A DNA stretch of 64,000 nucleotides, taken from assembly GCF_009914755.1 (NCBI RefSeq), contig NC_060926.1. One strand, written 5' to 3'. Under the pieces are notes generated by a model that saw nothing but the letters and a program-made list of their open reading frames with translations, had not been told where the DNA came from and did not search any database. Origin of the DNA: the human T2T-CHM13v2.0 reference genome, Homo sapiens. Both the position numbers and the translations under genes were made by a program. Shown in pieces: positions 15,754 through 30,359 of the stretch; positions within the stretch are counted from its first letter, which is position 1; each line of letters starts with the position of its first letter.

Positions 15754-16424
15754 CTACAACAAAAGCAGAGTTTGCAGAGGTCACTGACAGACGTTCAATC
15801 AATACTTACTGGTGTAAGATGCTTCACCAAACCCTGGAACTATGGAGAGAAAGGCTCCCCAACCCTACAGGCTGGCTCCAGACAAGCCAGGTAATATTTG
15901 ATAAAGATCAAAAGAGTGGCAAAGATAAAGACAGAATCACTTTACCTTTCTTTGTCAAGCCAAGAGCCCCGGCACATCTCTAAAATCAAATAAACCTTCT
16001 AAGTATATGATGATGTCCTTACAATGTAGAAGGCACTCTTAGGCCAAATGAGAACACCCATGTGCAAGTGTGCATACCAGGGTAAAATAACCATAGACAA
16101 AAAGACCTCAGACATTCTTGGATCAGTTTATAAATCTTTGGTTCTCTCTGCCAACATCTTAACCCTCAGCATCGTGTGATCAATAAGTGGTCAAGACGGG
16201 AAGTAACATCTCTGTTACCATCTCAACTTAAAGCTATGAGTTGTTTCCATCTTTTCCATGTTATAATGGGTCACTTCTTTTGCCATTGTTGAGTTCCTTC
16301 ACCTTCATTGGGCCTCCCACATTTTTTCTTCTATTGGCCCAGTCAGCTCCCTAACCTCTTGATCTATGACTTTCAACCCTGGCTATGCAATGGAGTCATC
16401 CATGCAGCTCTTAAAAGCACAGAA

Positions 16425-16711
16425 GCCAAGCATGGGCAACATAACAAAACCCCATCTCTAACGAAGAAAAAAAAAATCGACAAACATATATACAGGTGCA
16501 AAAGTAATTGCATTGCTTTAATGGCAAAAACCGCAATTACTTTTGCACCAACCGGGAGTGGTGTTGTGGACCTCTAAATCCTAGCTACTCAGGCGGCTGA
16601 AGTGGGAGCATCACTTGAGCTCAGGAGTTTGACGTGATCACAATGAGCTGTGATCATGACACTGCACTCCGGCCTGGGCAACAGAGCAAGACCCTGTCTC
16701 AAAAAAAAAAA
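16425..16711 (+). mobile_element. 5'-truncated AluJ carrying a MADE1 in its central A-rich linker
   Basis: Left-arm end CATGGGCAACATAACAAAACCCCATCTCT, then the insert, then a J-like right arm and A tail. Confidence 0.85.
16495..16553. mobile_element. MADE1 (Hsmar1-derived mariner MITE), internally deleted
   Basis: Inverted repeats GGTGCAAAAGTAATTGC (16495-16511) and GCAATTACTTTTGCACC (16533-16549), matching the MADE1 consensus as recalled. Confidence 0.93.
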
Positions 16712-17354
16712 TACAGTAGTTTAAAATGATTATGGAATTAAATTCACAGACATATGGAATATTAGAAATGGAGAAAGCCCTAAGGTTCATCTGAGCTGAC
16801 CCCTTCATTTCATAGGCAGCTTTATTTTATAGGCAAGATGACAGAAGTCCAGGGCAATGACCTGTCAGCCTGGCTGACTTATGGGCTCTTGCATTTTCTA
16901 ACAGGCCATTTTCTACTAGGCTTACTCAGTGAGTAGTCTCAGTCAAGCATCCTGACATAAATAGATTCAACAGTTAATTCTCCTTAGTTATTTACATTTT
17001 TAAATCCTAAAGTTTTAGTCTGCTACACTGGCTTAATACATATAATAGAAATTTAATATAATATTTTGGCAAAAACAAAGCTTTGATTAAAAACAGATAA
17101 CTACCTTTTTAAAAACTGCATTTCTCTTTTAAAAGTTTTAAGCTTGGAAGCTCTTTAACTTGGTTTTACAAGGGAGTAATTTGATGGCTATTTAGGGAAT
17201 TAATTTTTTTTTAATTAAAGAAGTCTGCCTTCTCCTGTATCACATATTGGCTAAAAATTAATACCCAGGAGCTTGCTCTGGCAGAAATATACAAGGTAAA
17301 AAAGAAACTAATGTGGGGGAAGGGAAGCTGAACACTTCCTGAATCAAGAAAAGA

Positions 17355-18510
17355 TTATTTTTCTTCTGTTAAATTTTTTTTAATCAACTTTTATTTTAAG
17401 TTCCAGGGTACATGTGCAGAATGTACAGGTTATATAGGTAAATGCATGTATGGTGGTTTGCTGCACAGATCAACCCATTGCCTAGGTATTAAGCCCAGCA
17501 TCTGTTAGCTATTCTTCCTGGTGCTCTCCCTCCCTTCTCCCCACTGACAGGCCCCAGTGTGTGTCGTTCCTTCTCACATGTCCCTCTGTTATCATCGTTC
17601 AGCTCCCACTTGTAAGTGAGGACGTGCGGTGTTTGGTTTTCTGTTTCTGAGTTAGTTTGCTAAGGACAACAGCTTCCAGCTCCATTCGTGTTCCTGGAAA
17701 GGACATGATATTGTTCCTTTTTATGGCTGCATAGTATTCCATGGTGTATAGGTACCACATTTTCTTTATCCAGTCTATCACTGATGGACATGTGGGTTGA
17801 TTCTGTCTTTGCTATTGTGAATAGTGCTGCAATGAACATAAACATGCATGTATCTTTCTAATAGAATGATTTATAATTGGATTGCTGGGTCAAATGGTAT
17901 TTCTGCTTCTAGATCTTTAAGAAGTCACCACACTGTCTTCCACAATGGTTGAACTAATTTATTCCCACCAACAGTGCAAAAGCTTTCCTTTTTCTCTGCA
18001 ACCTCACCAGCATCTCTTGTTTCTTGACATTCTAATAACTGCCATTCTGACTGGTGTGAGATGGTATCTCATTGTGGTTTTGATTTGCATTTCTCTACTG
18101 ATCAGTGATATCGAGCTTTTTTTCATGTTTGTTGGCTGCATGAATGTCTTCTTTTGAGAACTGCCTGTTCATGTACTTTGCCCACTTTTTAAAGGGGTTT
18201 TTTATTTCTTGATAAATTTGTGTAAGTTCCTTGTAGACTCTGGATATTAGACCTTTGTCTGATGGATAGACTGTAAAAATATTCTCCCATTCTGTAGGTT
18301 GCCTGTTCACTCTGATGATAGTTTATTTTGCTGTCCAGAAGCTCTTTAGTTTAATTAGATCTCATTTGTCAATTTTTGCTTTTGCTGCAATTGCTTTTGG
18401 TGTTTTCATCATGAAATCTTTGCCCATGCCTGTGTCCTGAATGGCACTGCCTAGATTTTATTCTACAGTTTTTATAGTTTTGAGTTTTACATTTAAGTCT
18501 TTAATCCATC
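17355..18510 (-). mobile_element. 5'-truncated older L1PA (ORF2 C-terminus plus 3' UTR)
   Basis: ORF2 remnant [18 protein letters not shown]; L1PA 3' UTR; approximate TSD ATCAAGAAAAG at 17343-17353 and 18508-18518. Confidence 0.93.
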
Positions 18511-18527
18511 AAGAAAAGTTTCTTTAA

Positions 18528-18760
18528 CAGTGCTTTTCAAACTGTCTGTGGTAAAGAACCAGTTTTCTAAAAATAGTTATTATTTCAAATCCATCACTTT
18601 TGAGCCAATACTTTTGTAAAATACAATAAAAAGTAATCAGTAGAATAATAAAATGAAATAAAAATGAGATAAAAACTATAAATGTAATTATTTTATTATT
18701 AAAGTTAATGGGCATGAAATTATCAAATTGCCCTAAAAGTTTCTGACCACCTACTCTTTT
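18528..18760. mobile_element. hAT-Charlie-like DNA transposon remnant
   Basis: Terminal CAGTGCTTTTCAAACT and an AT-rich body; family not determined. Confidence 0.45.
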
Positions 18761-18847
18761 CACAACAGATAAGATAAAAGCTCACAGTCCAGCCCCAGTG
18801 CTCAGGCATGCTGTGAATCATGCTCCTTCAAAGCCTTTGTTTGTTTC

Positions 18848-19148
18848 TTTTTCTTTTTTTTTTTTTTGAGATAGAGTCTTGCTCTTTCGCCCAGCCTGGA
18901 GTGCAGTGGTACCAACCCGGCTCACTGCAACCTGTGCCTCAGTTCAAGCGATTCTCCTGCCTCAGCCTCCTGAGTAGCTGGGATTATAGGCATGCGCCAC
19001 CACGTCCAGCTAATTTTTTTGTATTTTTAGTAGAGACAAGGTTTCACCATGTTGGCCAGGCTGATCTTGAACTCCTGACCTCAGTGATCCGCCTGCCTCA
19101 GCCTCCCAAAGTGCTGGGGTTACAGGCATGAGCCACCGCGCCTGGACC
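18848..19148 (-). mobile_element. AluS
   Basis: Full dimer; flanked by CCTTTGTTT(G/C)TTTC. Confidence 0.94.
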
Positions 19149-20143
19149 TTTGTTTCTTTCTTAATGAACGAACACCTGTGAGGATTCTGGTATTTCCCCC
19201 AAATGGAGGCATCAGCCCAGTTAACGTTCTGTTTTAGGATTGTAGGCCTTGTTGGATGACACCCTGTAGCAGGCTGTCCTATATAAGATGCAGAAATAAT
19301 AGAAAGGAGGAGCTGTCATGGGATGTCATATGGGAGGTAACTGGACATGCCATTTGCGAGTCAGTCAATTTCTACTTTTTACAACTCTTTTTATTTAACA
19401 AAAGGCCACTTCAACCTTGAAATAAGAAGTAGAAACATACACTGTGGCACATGGAAAAGATGAGAATAGGAGGCATGTGTCTTAGAAACTATCATCCTTA
19501 ATATTTGTTTCTTTACTCTCAAATGTGCATTGCATTTCAGTGGTCATAAATTACTCATGGAAAAGTAACTGTTTATGACTACACATAGTCCCTGCAGCCA
19601 TAAGCAATGTCAAGTTTTATAAATTACAAGTTGCTTTAGATAGGGGTCAAAATGTTATACAACTGTCTGTACTCTCCACAAAGCCTGGCAGTTGCTTTGC
19701 ACATAGTGTATATTCAATAAATTTGGGTAGAATAAATACATTGCTGTAATCATCAGCAAAGTCTGTAAGTAATAATCTGTAAGTGTTAATTTTACATTAC
19801 TCTGGGCTGATGTCCCTGAGGCTGCTCTTAAGTCCTGCAGGCTTATGCTATATTACTGTAATCATAGCAATTTCATATTTTGTAAGAATTGTATAAATTG
19901 ATGTCCAACCAATTTGCTCAATTAATGGGATTGTTCCTCTAAAAGTACCAAAGTACCAAGCACCAAAAAAACTCACCCATTATTTTAATTATTATTACAG
20001 CACAATTATTCTAAGAACTAGGAGTGCAAAGGCAGTTCACTGGAGACTTTGGGATATGAAAGAATTCTAAGCGAACTATTTAAGAAGTGCTGACTTTAAC
20101 CATTAGGAACGGCAGACACTAAAGTATGACCAGTGTTTAATCT

Positions 20144-20315
20144 CAGTTCTCGAAGTGTGGCATGTAGACGACATGTATCAGAATCTTCTTTTGAAAAGGC
20201 AAATTTCTGGGCCTAACCACAGGCTTCATTCAGAATCACTAGGGGTGAGGTTTTAGAACAGGAAGTTTCAACAAACACCCCAGAGAGTTTAAATGCACTA
20301 AAGCTGGGTACCGCT
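20144..20315. mobile_element. MER5-family hAT MITE
   Basis: CAGTTCTCGAAGTGTGG...ATCAGAATC...TTTCTGGGCC...CAGAATC pattern. Confidence 0.6.
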
Positions 20316-20891
20316 TGTCTACATTCTAATAGATTATAAAATGCTTACTTTCTTCCTATTCCAGATATGACCTATATTCTACACATGAACAACTTTTTAT
20401 AATCACGAAGATAATTTAAAGAAAACAATAACATTCTACTCTTCCATATAATGTTTCCAATTCTCCTGTCTACTAGCATTAAGCCCACAATAATGATCAT
20501 GTTTTTTAGAGGAAAGGGTAGAACATAAGTTTTTAAAATTTCAACTGTAAAATAAAATGCTTATCCTGCTCAGCTCTGGGAAAGATCTGTATACCAGTTG
20601 GGTCTTCTGTCTGCACAGAAGCCAAAAATAGATGTGCTTTATTGGCTAGAACAGGCTCCATAAGGGTGCTAATGGGAATTGAAGAAAGCAGCACAGAATG
20701 GTGGTTAAGCAGGCAGCTTCTCTAGTCACACTTTCCTCCACTTTCTGGCTGTGACATCAACTTCGTTGGCTCCCTACTAACTTTCTGAGATTACATTTCC
20801 TAAACTAGTATTGCCAATAGCATCCGTCTCGAAGGGTGGATCAGAGGTTAAAAGAGAATAATATACAGAAAGTCCTTAGCATACTGCCTAG

Positions 20892-21201
<310 letters not shown>

Positions 21202-22637
21202 GATAGTAAGTACTTAATAAACACTCGTAACTACAACACCTACATGGACACAGTGTCCTCACTCCTACACTCTAAAGATAAGATACAACCATTTTTAACT
21301 TTTCTAACCAAAAGACAGTCTCTAGAATGGAGAAGTGAAAAGTTCAGCAATTCTCCTCTGATGCTCCTCTCAACTGGTTATAGCAGAAAGGGCACCTGGG
21401 ACGGGCCAGCCACGTCTGCACATAGGCCACAGCAGCCTGCATGCCTGGTTATCTCCCCAAATACTGTATACTAAAACTAAAAGCCACGCTTTGTACACAC
21501 TTTAGGCCTCCTGTAGCACACTTAACAATGCCTTCTACCAAGTGGGCTTCCATAAACGTGCGTTAGACTTTCTGGGTTTGTGTACATTTCGTTCCTTTCC
21601 CCTACAGTTGCTCTTTTCCAAGAAAGAAAAGCAAAAAAAGCAAGAACAAGCTGAACACAGGAAATAATATGAAATAGGCTTCACATGAACACTTCAGAAT
21701 ATTCCCACTGGCAGCCCCAATTCTTGCTTATCTATGTTAGCTGGCACTATAAAAGATGTTTCTCTAATATTTTAGTAAGAGCCTCTCTTCATTTCTTCAC
21801 AGCCTAGGGAGTACACAGAAAAAAAAAGGAGAATGAGTTCAGAGAAGCCCTTAGGGAGCCAAAAAGGAGACAGTGCTGTTGGGCTCCAAGCTGTTTCCAA
21901 CCTGGGAATCCCAGATGTGCCAGATGTGGGGAGCAGGTTGGGGGTAGGAAAGGGTCGTGGAATTGTGTCTAGAAGGGAAAACACAAGACAGCCTGGTCAG
22001 CATCACATAAGTCTTCAAGACTTATCTCTAGAGCTCAGTTATATTTTAGGAGATTTTCAAGAGGTGTGATTATGTCTTGATCTACTTTCTTGTCTATGGA
22101 GGACATAATGTCAGGCATGGATTCATATTTAATCAATATTATGATCTGACACCCTTATTGCTTAACATACTCAGGAAATGAACTTAGCAATGCACCTTAT
22201 TTTTCCAGACACAGAAATCTGAACATAAATCTTGCCTGGATGAAAACAAGGCTCCAAAATTTTGACTTAGACTGATATCTGTGTTATATGCAATTGCAAA
22301 ACCAGCCTTGATTTTGCAGGTTTCAGTGGCTTAGTTGGCTTTTAGTGTACACATTCCCATAAACATGCTTCAACTCTGTTCACCCTGCATGCATAAAAGA
22401 TTATTACCATCAACATTCTGATATGGTGTATACCAGTTCTATCTTACCAGTTGTACACAGAAAATTATTATAGCTTAAATTGAAAACCCAGTCTTTAATG
22501 AATAACTCAAAAAAAAAACAATTCTTTTCTAACTAGGCAAGATGCTAGAAATACAACGGCAAGCAATAGGCATGGCATACATTTCAAGGAGCTTACTGTC
22601 TAGAAGATCTTTTTAATTCAAATAGAACAACAATTTC

Positions 22638-23220
22638 TATGGTAGTTTTGTATTGTGCCAAGTTGGCTGAGTTGAACTAAATTTCCCAGAATTCCTTTCC
22701 CTGTAGTACTCCCTTTAGGGTTGGCCACAAGAGATATCTGATGAGTTTTGGAAGGCATAAGTGAAACTACAGCCTAACTGGTATGCTGTTGGGCACCAGG
22801 TAGTGTTGCAGCTTCACACGATGACACTAATCGGCTGGATCACCACGTTGGCAAGGGGCAGTGCCTGGCTTGATGCTTCTTCAGATCCTGCTGCATCTCC
22901 TTCAGTTTCTCCAATTCTTGGGCCAGGTGCATGCACAACTCCTTCTGCAAGTCACCCATGTCCATGATGTTGGAGGCAGTGTTAGACAGACCTCAGTTCC
23001 AGTTTGTCCTTGATCTCCCCCATTTTACATCCAGCTTTTCCACTGTAGACTCTGCTGACCTACAGTGACTTCAGGGCCTCACAGAATCCAAGGTGATAGC
23101 CTTACACAGACCACAGCAGCCCTACACACTTGTGTAAGATCTAATTCCTATAATAAATATCTTGCTCTGTATCTCTCATGGTGGTTCTGCTTCCCTGGTT
23201 GAACCTCAAACCCTGAGAGA
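22638..23220 (+). mobile_element. ERVL-type solo LTR
   Basis: Start TATGGTAGTTTT...CAAGTTGGCTGAGTTGAACTAAATTTCCCAGAATTCC; end TAATAAAT...GGTGGTTCTGCTTCCCTGGTTGAACC, typical of ERVL LTRs; subfamily not assigned. Confidence 0.65.
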
Positions 23221-23629
23221 TCAATTATCTACATTTTATAAGCAAATAGGCTTTGAGGACAGACAGTATAGAGTTTATAAACTTTTCAATGAAGAAATGG
23301 TTTCAAACACATGATCATGTAATATCAGTGCTTACCAATCTAAAGAATAGACCTGTGCCAGCTCTCAACTGAAACCATATATCCATCTTGACAAGTGCTA
23401 ACAGTTAAATTCCAAAATACCAGTCCAAACCTTCTCTTTTCTTCCCCTCAAATCTACTTTCTTTTCCCCAACTATTAGTTAGGAGAGGCATAAAATAATG
23501 GCAATAAGACTAAATTCCAAAGAAGAAGGAAATCTGAATTTAGGACTTCCACAGGACAGCAATGTGCTTGGAGTTAAGATGTCTTCTCCACCGTCAGCTC
23601 TCACAATGGTTACAGAGACTCCAATTTTC

Positions 23630-23982
<353 letters not shown>

Positions 23983-25439
23983 TCATAAGAAACTGTCCAA
24001 CTTGCTGTGACAGATACTAATATGAAGACATCATGAGCTCATATGTGACCCAATTATTTACAGTTCAGGGTTTGTTTGCATTTAATTCCTATCTGGCTAG
24101 TGATTCTTTTTTCCTCCCTGCAAACCTACAGAGGGAGCTGGTTACTTGGAGAAGCAACAAAAGCCTTTCTCAGATTGGAAGGTCAGTCCATCATTAGGCT
24201 GACTGGATTCAAACACACTAAAGATACTTACAGAATGCAGACTGGTTGTTGATGGAAAATGGATGTTTTGAGGATTGAAGTCTTTGAAGCTAGTTGAGCT
24301 AACAAAGATAGAGATCACTTGGGAAAGGTCACAGAGTAATGAAATCATCTTTTTTGTGTCTTTCTTTTCCACTAGACTACACACTTCCTAAGGGCAGAGA
24401 CCATCGGTCTTAGTTTTTTTTTGTAGCTCCATGAGCTACAAAGAAAAGGTGCCTGGCATATGGGAGGTACATATTGAATTATTTTCCCAACTAAAAAGAC
24501 CTGGTTCTTGTTGAAGAGGAAACAAATCCATACATATTTTTAAAGAGACACTTAAATTTACTAAAGACCAAGTGGTCTTTAAAGGCCAGGAAATACTCCT
24601 CTATGAAGGGGTTGGTCTCATGAAGCTGGTAATACCCACTCAGTCAGCTCACTGCCCTCGTTTTCCCAGACAAAATGGAAATAAAATGTGGGACCATGAG
24701 AAGATTCTGAATTCTCCAGGGTCTGAGCCAGGCAATTTAGGATTATTGACCTCTCTCATTCCATGCGGGATATTTGGAAGGAGAACACAACCAACCCCTT
24801 TTAAAACCTACTAAAATCACAAAGCGCAGCAAGAAAAACCATGACTACTAAGCTGTCACCTAGCAAGTATATATTAAAATTTCCAGATAGTTGCCAAAGA
24901 GGAAAAGCTGACACCAATAACGGCCAAAGACACCTGCAACTTCTGTATATTAATTCTCAGCAAGACCTTTTGCTCCTAGGTGTACCTGGAGAACATCACC
25001 TTCTCCAGTAGCAGAGGAGAAGCTGCATTTGGTAAATTCAGCTATGGAGGTCAGTCATCCAGCACCAAGTGCATGCAAGGTTTGAACCTCTTGTATCCCT
25101 GGATAATGGGCATCTCCTCTGACCAGGCTTCAAGGCTGACATTCACCAGGGTTCCCTGCCACCCCTGCCTTCACATTGATCTTCTCATCCTTTATACTTC
25201 CCCTGAGCTACCTGATGCATTTACCATGGTTTGATGATCATCCTCCCTGTCCCTGAGTGCTAGACTTGTATAAATAATTATAGATAATCTATCAGTCATC
25301 TTCACCCGAATTTCCAGCATTCAACAACAAATTATTTCTTGGATGCCTAGACTGTACCAGGCTTGGGATACATCCAGGAACAAAGTACAGATCCCTGTCC
25401 TCATGGAGCTCCCACTCCAACGACATGTTTGCTGAACTC

Positions 25440-26180
25440 AGCGTTAGCAAACAGGACCCACCAGCCTCCCGGCCCCTGCTCCCCTGCTCTGTGCCTCTTC
25501 TGTTAACAGCATCGCCATTTACCTACCAGCTTCTTTCCCACCTCACCCCTACTAGGTACTAAATCCTGCCAGGTTTACCTCTAATGAGCTCTCAAATCAT
25601 GGACTCAGCTTTATGCCCTCATCCCAGCTGCTTCAGGCCTCTTTTGGTCTCTTACTGGCGCTCCTCCCTGAGACCTCTCCCCCTCAGCCCATTCACATGC
25701 TGCCACCACAAAGGTTCTCTGAAACACAGATCTGAGCATACCACTCCCCTGCTGTGACCATTCTCCATTGCTCAGAGGATTCCAAGCCCTCTGCCATCTG
25801 GCCCAACCTCCACTATCAGATTTACCTTCTACTATAGCCTGAGTTCCAGTTATACCTCACTGAGGCCCCCATTCACTCACTTCCTTGCCTCAGTCCTCCC
25901 TCCTTCTCCTGGCCTGCTAAGTCCTTACTCAACCTTTAAGGACCAGATCAACTGACATCTCTTCTTGGAAGATTTCCTCTATTCAAGCAGGCAGTTAGTT
26001 GCTTTCTCCCGCAAGTCAATGATGATATTGTAATGATATGCTTTCTGCTTTGCCTCCTCCCCAGGCTGAGAACTCATTGAAATTCAGGATCATGCTGTCC
26101 ATGTTGAACTACCCCAGATACTCCCCAGCCCCACTCAGCACTATGTCTGGCACACAGGAGATACTCAAATAAAAGCTGTT
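25440..26180 (+). mobile_element. L2 3' portion ending ~130 bp from the exon 4 donor
   Basis: L2 motifs ACAGATCTGAGCATACCACTCCCCTGCT and terminal GCACTATGTCTGGCACACAGGAGATACTCAAATAAA. Confidence 0.7.
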
Positions 26181-26310
26181 CATTTTGGGTAACCCTCTTA
26201 CATTAGAGGTAAAAGCCTTCTGCTTACCAGTAAGGATTCTTAATTCGCTAGCAAGACTTTTTCTTTTTCTAGGCACAGTAGGTATTAGATTAAATATGGT
26301 AATCACTCAC

Positions 26311-26381
26311 TTCACTTCTGGAAGCAACAGCCCGGTGCAGTGGAGTCAGCCACATGTTGTCCTTGGCATTTACACGAGCTC
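26311..26381 (-). CDS. ANKRD44: ANKRD44 coding exon 4 (71 nt): [24 protein letters not shown]
   Basis: Acceptor attccag|GA, donor GAA|gtgagt; phase 1 to 0; continues the exon 3 frame. Confidence 0.96.
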
Positions 26382-28599
26382 CTGGAATCAAACAGCACAA
26401 GTTAGAGGCATAATGGGGTCAAGGGAAGCCCTGCCGATGTTAAATCAAATGCTGTATCTTGCTCCCATTTGCCTGACATAACCACCACCTCTTCTTTTCT
26501 TTGTATTAGTCATGTGCTGACAAGATTTGATCAAGGCTGAGGGGACCAGAAGAAATCTGCTTTACCTAAAAATCTGGGACTAGCCAGATATTTTGGTAAA
26601 AAGAAGTCAGTTTCCATGAGGCTTTTGGATAGATAGGACATCAGGCCTATAAATTGCTCACTACTTTCTCAAACTATGGGGTAGGCAGATAGGCTCAAGC
26701 ATGAGCCAAAACCAGCTCACACTCAGAAGAGTGCCCATGCTCAGCTCTATGAAGCCATGCCATCATCATGGAACAGAAGCTCCCTGCAAATGAATTCACA
26801 GGAAGCAGAGTTCACCCGCCTTCCATGACACCCTCGCCATTCTCCATGATCACCAGCCCACCAAGTCCATGTCTGAACAGCTAAGACATCTGATATAAGC
26901 TTCCTTTTAGGGGGTTCAGGGTTTTGATTAGTCTTCTGGTCAGAGATGGGATGTTTTATAAAAGGGCTACGAAAGGAGAGGAGGAGAAAATATGTGTATC
27001 TTTGTAGAAGCAGCAAGAGAAGTCAATTCTAGCCTTAGGATGATGAGGAAGGGAGCTCATGAGGACAGAGAGTGGAGAAACAAATCAAAGAAACTAGAAA
27101 GTAAGGCAGAGAAAAGGAAACACAGAGGTGGCGCCTCAGGACAAGGGCTGAGAAAGTGAGTCAAGGGGAAGCAGGAGCTGACTAATCTCCAAGAGGCTAA
27201 GGCCAGCTGATAGCTGGAAAATAGAAACTTTTTTAAAAGGCAGTGGACTTCCATGCGTAAACGTGAACTAGAGGTTTAGTTTAAGGCACTGGCTAAAAGT
27301 AAATAACAAATCATAGAGCTTACACTATTCTTTTCTTTAACTGAAGAAGAACAAATGCCATCAACAGCTTTAATCACAGAAAACAAGAACATAATCCCTA
27401 AAACAAAGACAGCTGGAATGCCTCCCATCCAACCTCCACTTTGATTTCATTGGTTTCAGATGGAGTCAGGTACAAGGGTTATCATACTATGCTGTCAAAG
27501 TTGAGAGCCACTGATGAATTGTTGCTTAATTTATCCAGGTTAAAATTATTTAAATCCTAATTCCACTAACACCAGCTTGCCTGAAGGAGTTCAAGCTCCT
27601 TACGTCAGTAAGGACCACAGTAAAATCAGTTTGGGTGTGCAAAAATCAATAGGCATCTCTGGCCTCAGTAACAGGAAGCTGTGGGCTAAATGCTGTGGCA
27701 TGAAATGAATGCGGTTTTGGAAGGACAGTGGGATTCATGGTCAGAAGATGTAGATTTGAGTTCTGATTTCAGCACCTGCTGGCCCAATGACCAAGAGCCA
27801 CTAATCTGCACAGCGAGGCTAACAACAACAGTAATAATACTTCTCTACCCATTTCACCAGGTGCTAAGGAGAATTAAGTGAATAGGAAAGTGCTTTGTAA
27901 ATTGCAAGGCACTAGAAAAACATTAGCAGTTCTTATTTCCAAATCACCTCCAATGTCTCATTCACCTCTAAATCTATGACTCAGATTTCCAAAGGAAGTG
28001 AAAGGCATGATCTTTGCCCTACAAAGGAAGAAGTCAAATAGGAACTTTAAGAACACAAAGAACCATCACCTAGAGACTGTAGAAATACATATCTTTTTAA
28101 GAGCAAGAGAGACTCAAGTGCTAGAGAATGCTAGGGAGAAGAAAATCCAGATATGATTAAGAACAGCAAAATTGGTTAATTTTAAAATAAAATTACCACT
28201 ACCAAAACCAAACTTCAGATTTCTTCTTCTAAATATTAGTTCCAACACAGTGTCAGGTGATGGTCACAAAGTCTACCTTTCTGGTTTAGCAACACAGCAT
28301 TTATCCCTTCAGATCTTCCAACACTCTGGATTCAAACCTTTTAAAATTACCCGCCTTTACGTCAGGACTTTTCTTGCATCATAAATAAATATATGTATGA
28401 CCACATTGTGTGGTAGATTTGACCACACTGTGTTTCTGTCTAGTAAGCCGAGTGCACATGTATTTCTTATTTTGGGGCTGTTTCTTTGGCACCCATGTCA
28501 CAAACATCACTCAGACCATATGCAGTCCTAGAGAGCTGGAATTATTTTTATTATAGTCTTTGGCAGAGTAAATTTTGTGCTTTAAATTTTTTGTAAATT

Positions 28600-29480
28600 C
28601 AAAAAATGAATGCAAGTAGAAACCCAAATGTCAAGACACATATGGAAAGGTACTTCTCAAAATTCGTCAGGGAGAAGCAAATGAAAGCAGCATTTACATA
28701 CCATTTCACATCCATCAAATAGGTAAAAATGATAAAGTGTGACGAGGCCAAGATTTGGCAAGGGTATGGAGCAACAGGAAAACTTAACATACAGCTGGCA
28801 AGAGTGTGAATTGGTACAACCTCCTTTGGGAAACAATGTGGCATTATCTAGTAAAATTGATGACATGCATGCCCAACCACCTAGCAATTCCACCCCAATC
28901 ATATACCCTAGAGAAACTCTCACACATGTACATGAAGGTGCACCGCAACATGTTTATGTCAACAAGAAACTGGAATCCTAAATGTCAATCAAGAGGAAAA
29001 TGGATAACGACGTTGTGGTATACCCGTACAATGGAATTCTACACTGTCATGGAAAGGAACAGACTGAAGTTCTGTATATATAAACAGATGTACTTTTAAA
29101 ATCATAACACCAAATGAACAAATCAAGCTGCAGAATTATACCTATGGCATAATACCAGCTGTATTTCTATATGTTGTTTATGGATGCATAGATATAAAAT
29201 AAAAGTTTAAAATATGGCTAAGGAGTATAAATACTAATTCTGGATAGTGACTGCGTCTAGGGAAAGAGGAATGTGAAAAGGAATGAAGTAAGAGTACCCA
29301 TACAGCTGCAACTGTATTTTCAATGTTTTATTTCCTTAAAAATATATAGATATAGATATAGAGATATATATATATATAGCAAATATGGCAAAATATTAAG
29401 AGTTCCTAAAACTTAGTGGAAGGTATATGGATATTCACTATATTATTCTCCATAGTTTTCTGTATGTTTGAAATATTTTC
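28600..29480 (+). mobile_element. Old L1M (ME/MC-like) 3' fragment
   Basis: Degenerate ORF2 end (ECELVQPPLGN; LWYTRTMEFYT) followed by 3' UTR. Confidence 0.8.
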
Positions 29481-29483
29481 TAA

Positions 29484-29870
<387 letters not shown>

Positions 29871-30047
29871 TAAATAATTTAAAATGGACTTTATGTGTCA
29901 TAGATAATACACACTTTCAGTTTCAAAAGGTCCTGTAAAGCCTCTAAAGTGTGCCGGTTCACACCCTCAGAATGTATAAGATTGCTTAGTTTCCCCACAT
30001 CCTCATCAACACTTGATGTTATCAGGCATTAAAATATACTGTTTAAA

Positions 30048-30334
30048 TTTTTTAGAGACAGGGTCTCACTCTGTCACTCAGGCTGGAGTGTAGTGGCATT
30101 ATAGCTCACTGCAGCCTCAGACTCCTGGGCTCAAGCAATCCTCCTGCCTCAGCCTCCAGAGTAGCTAGGACTGCCAGCACATGCCACCATGCCCAGCTAA
30201 TTTTTAAAAATTTTTTGTAGAGATGGGGTCTTGCTATGTTTCTCACGCTGGTCTCAAACTTCTGCCCTCAAGTGATCCTCCTATTTCAGCCTTCTAATGT
30301 TCTGGGATTACAGATGTGAGCCACCATGCCCAGC
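30048..30334 (-). mobile_element. AluJ
   Basis: J-type GCAGCCTCAGACTCCTGGGCTCAAGCAATCC. Confidence 0.92.
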
Positions 30335-30359
30335 TAGACATTTTAAATATTGCAAATCT

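Noticed and set aside
17599-18310. ORFs resembling a retroelement protein C-terminus
   Set aside because: Frameshifted remnants of a truncated L1; not a functional CDS.
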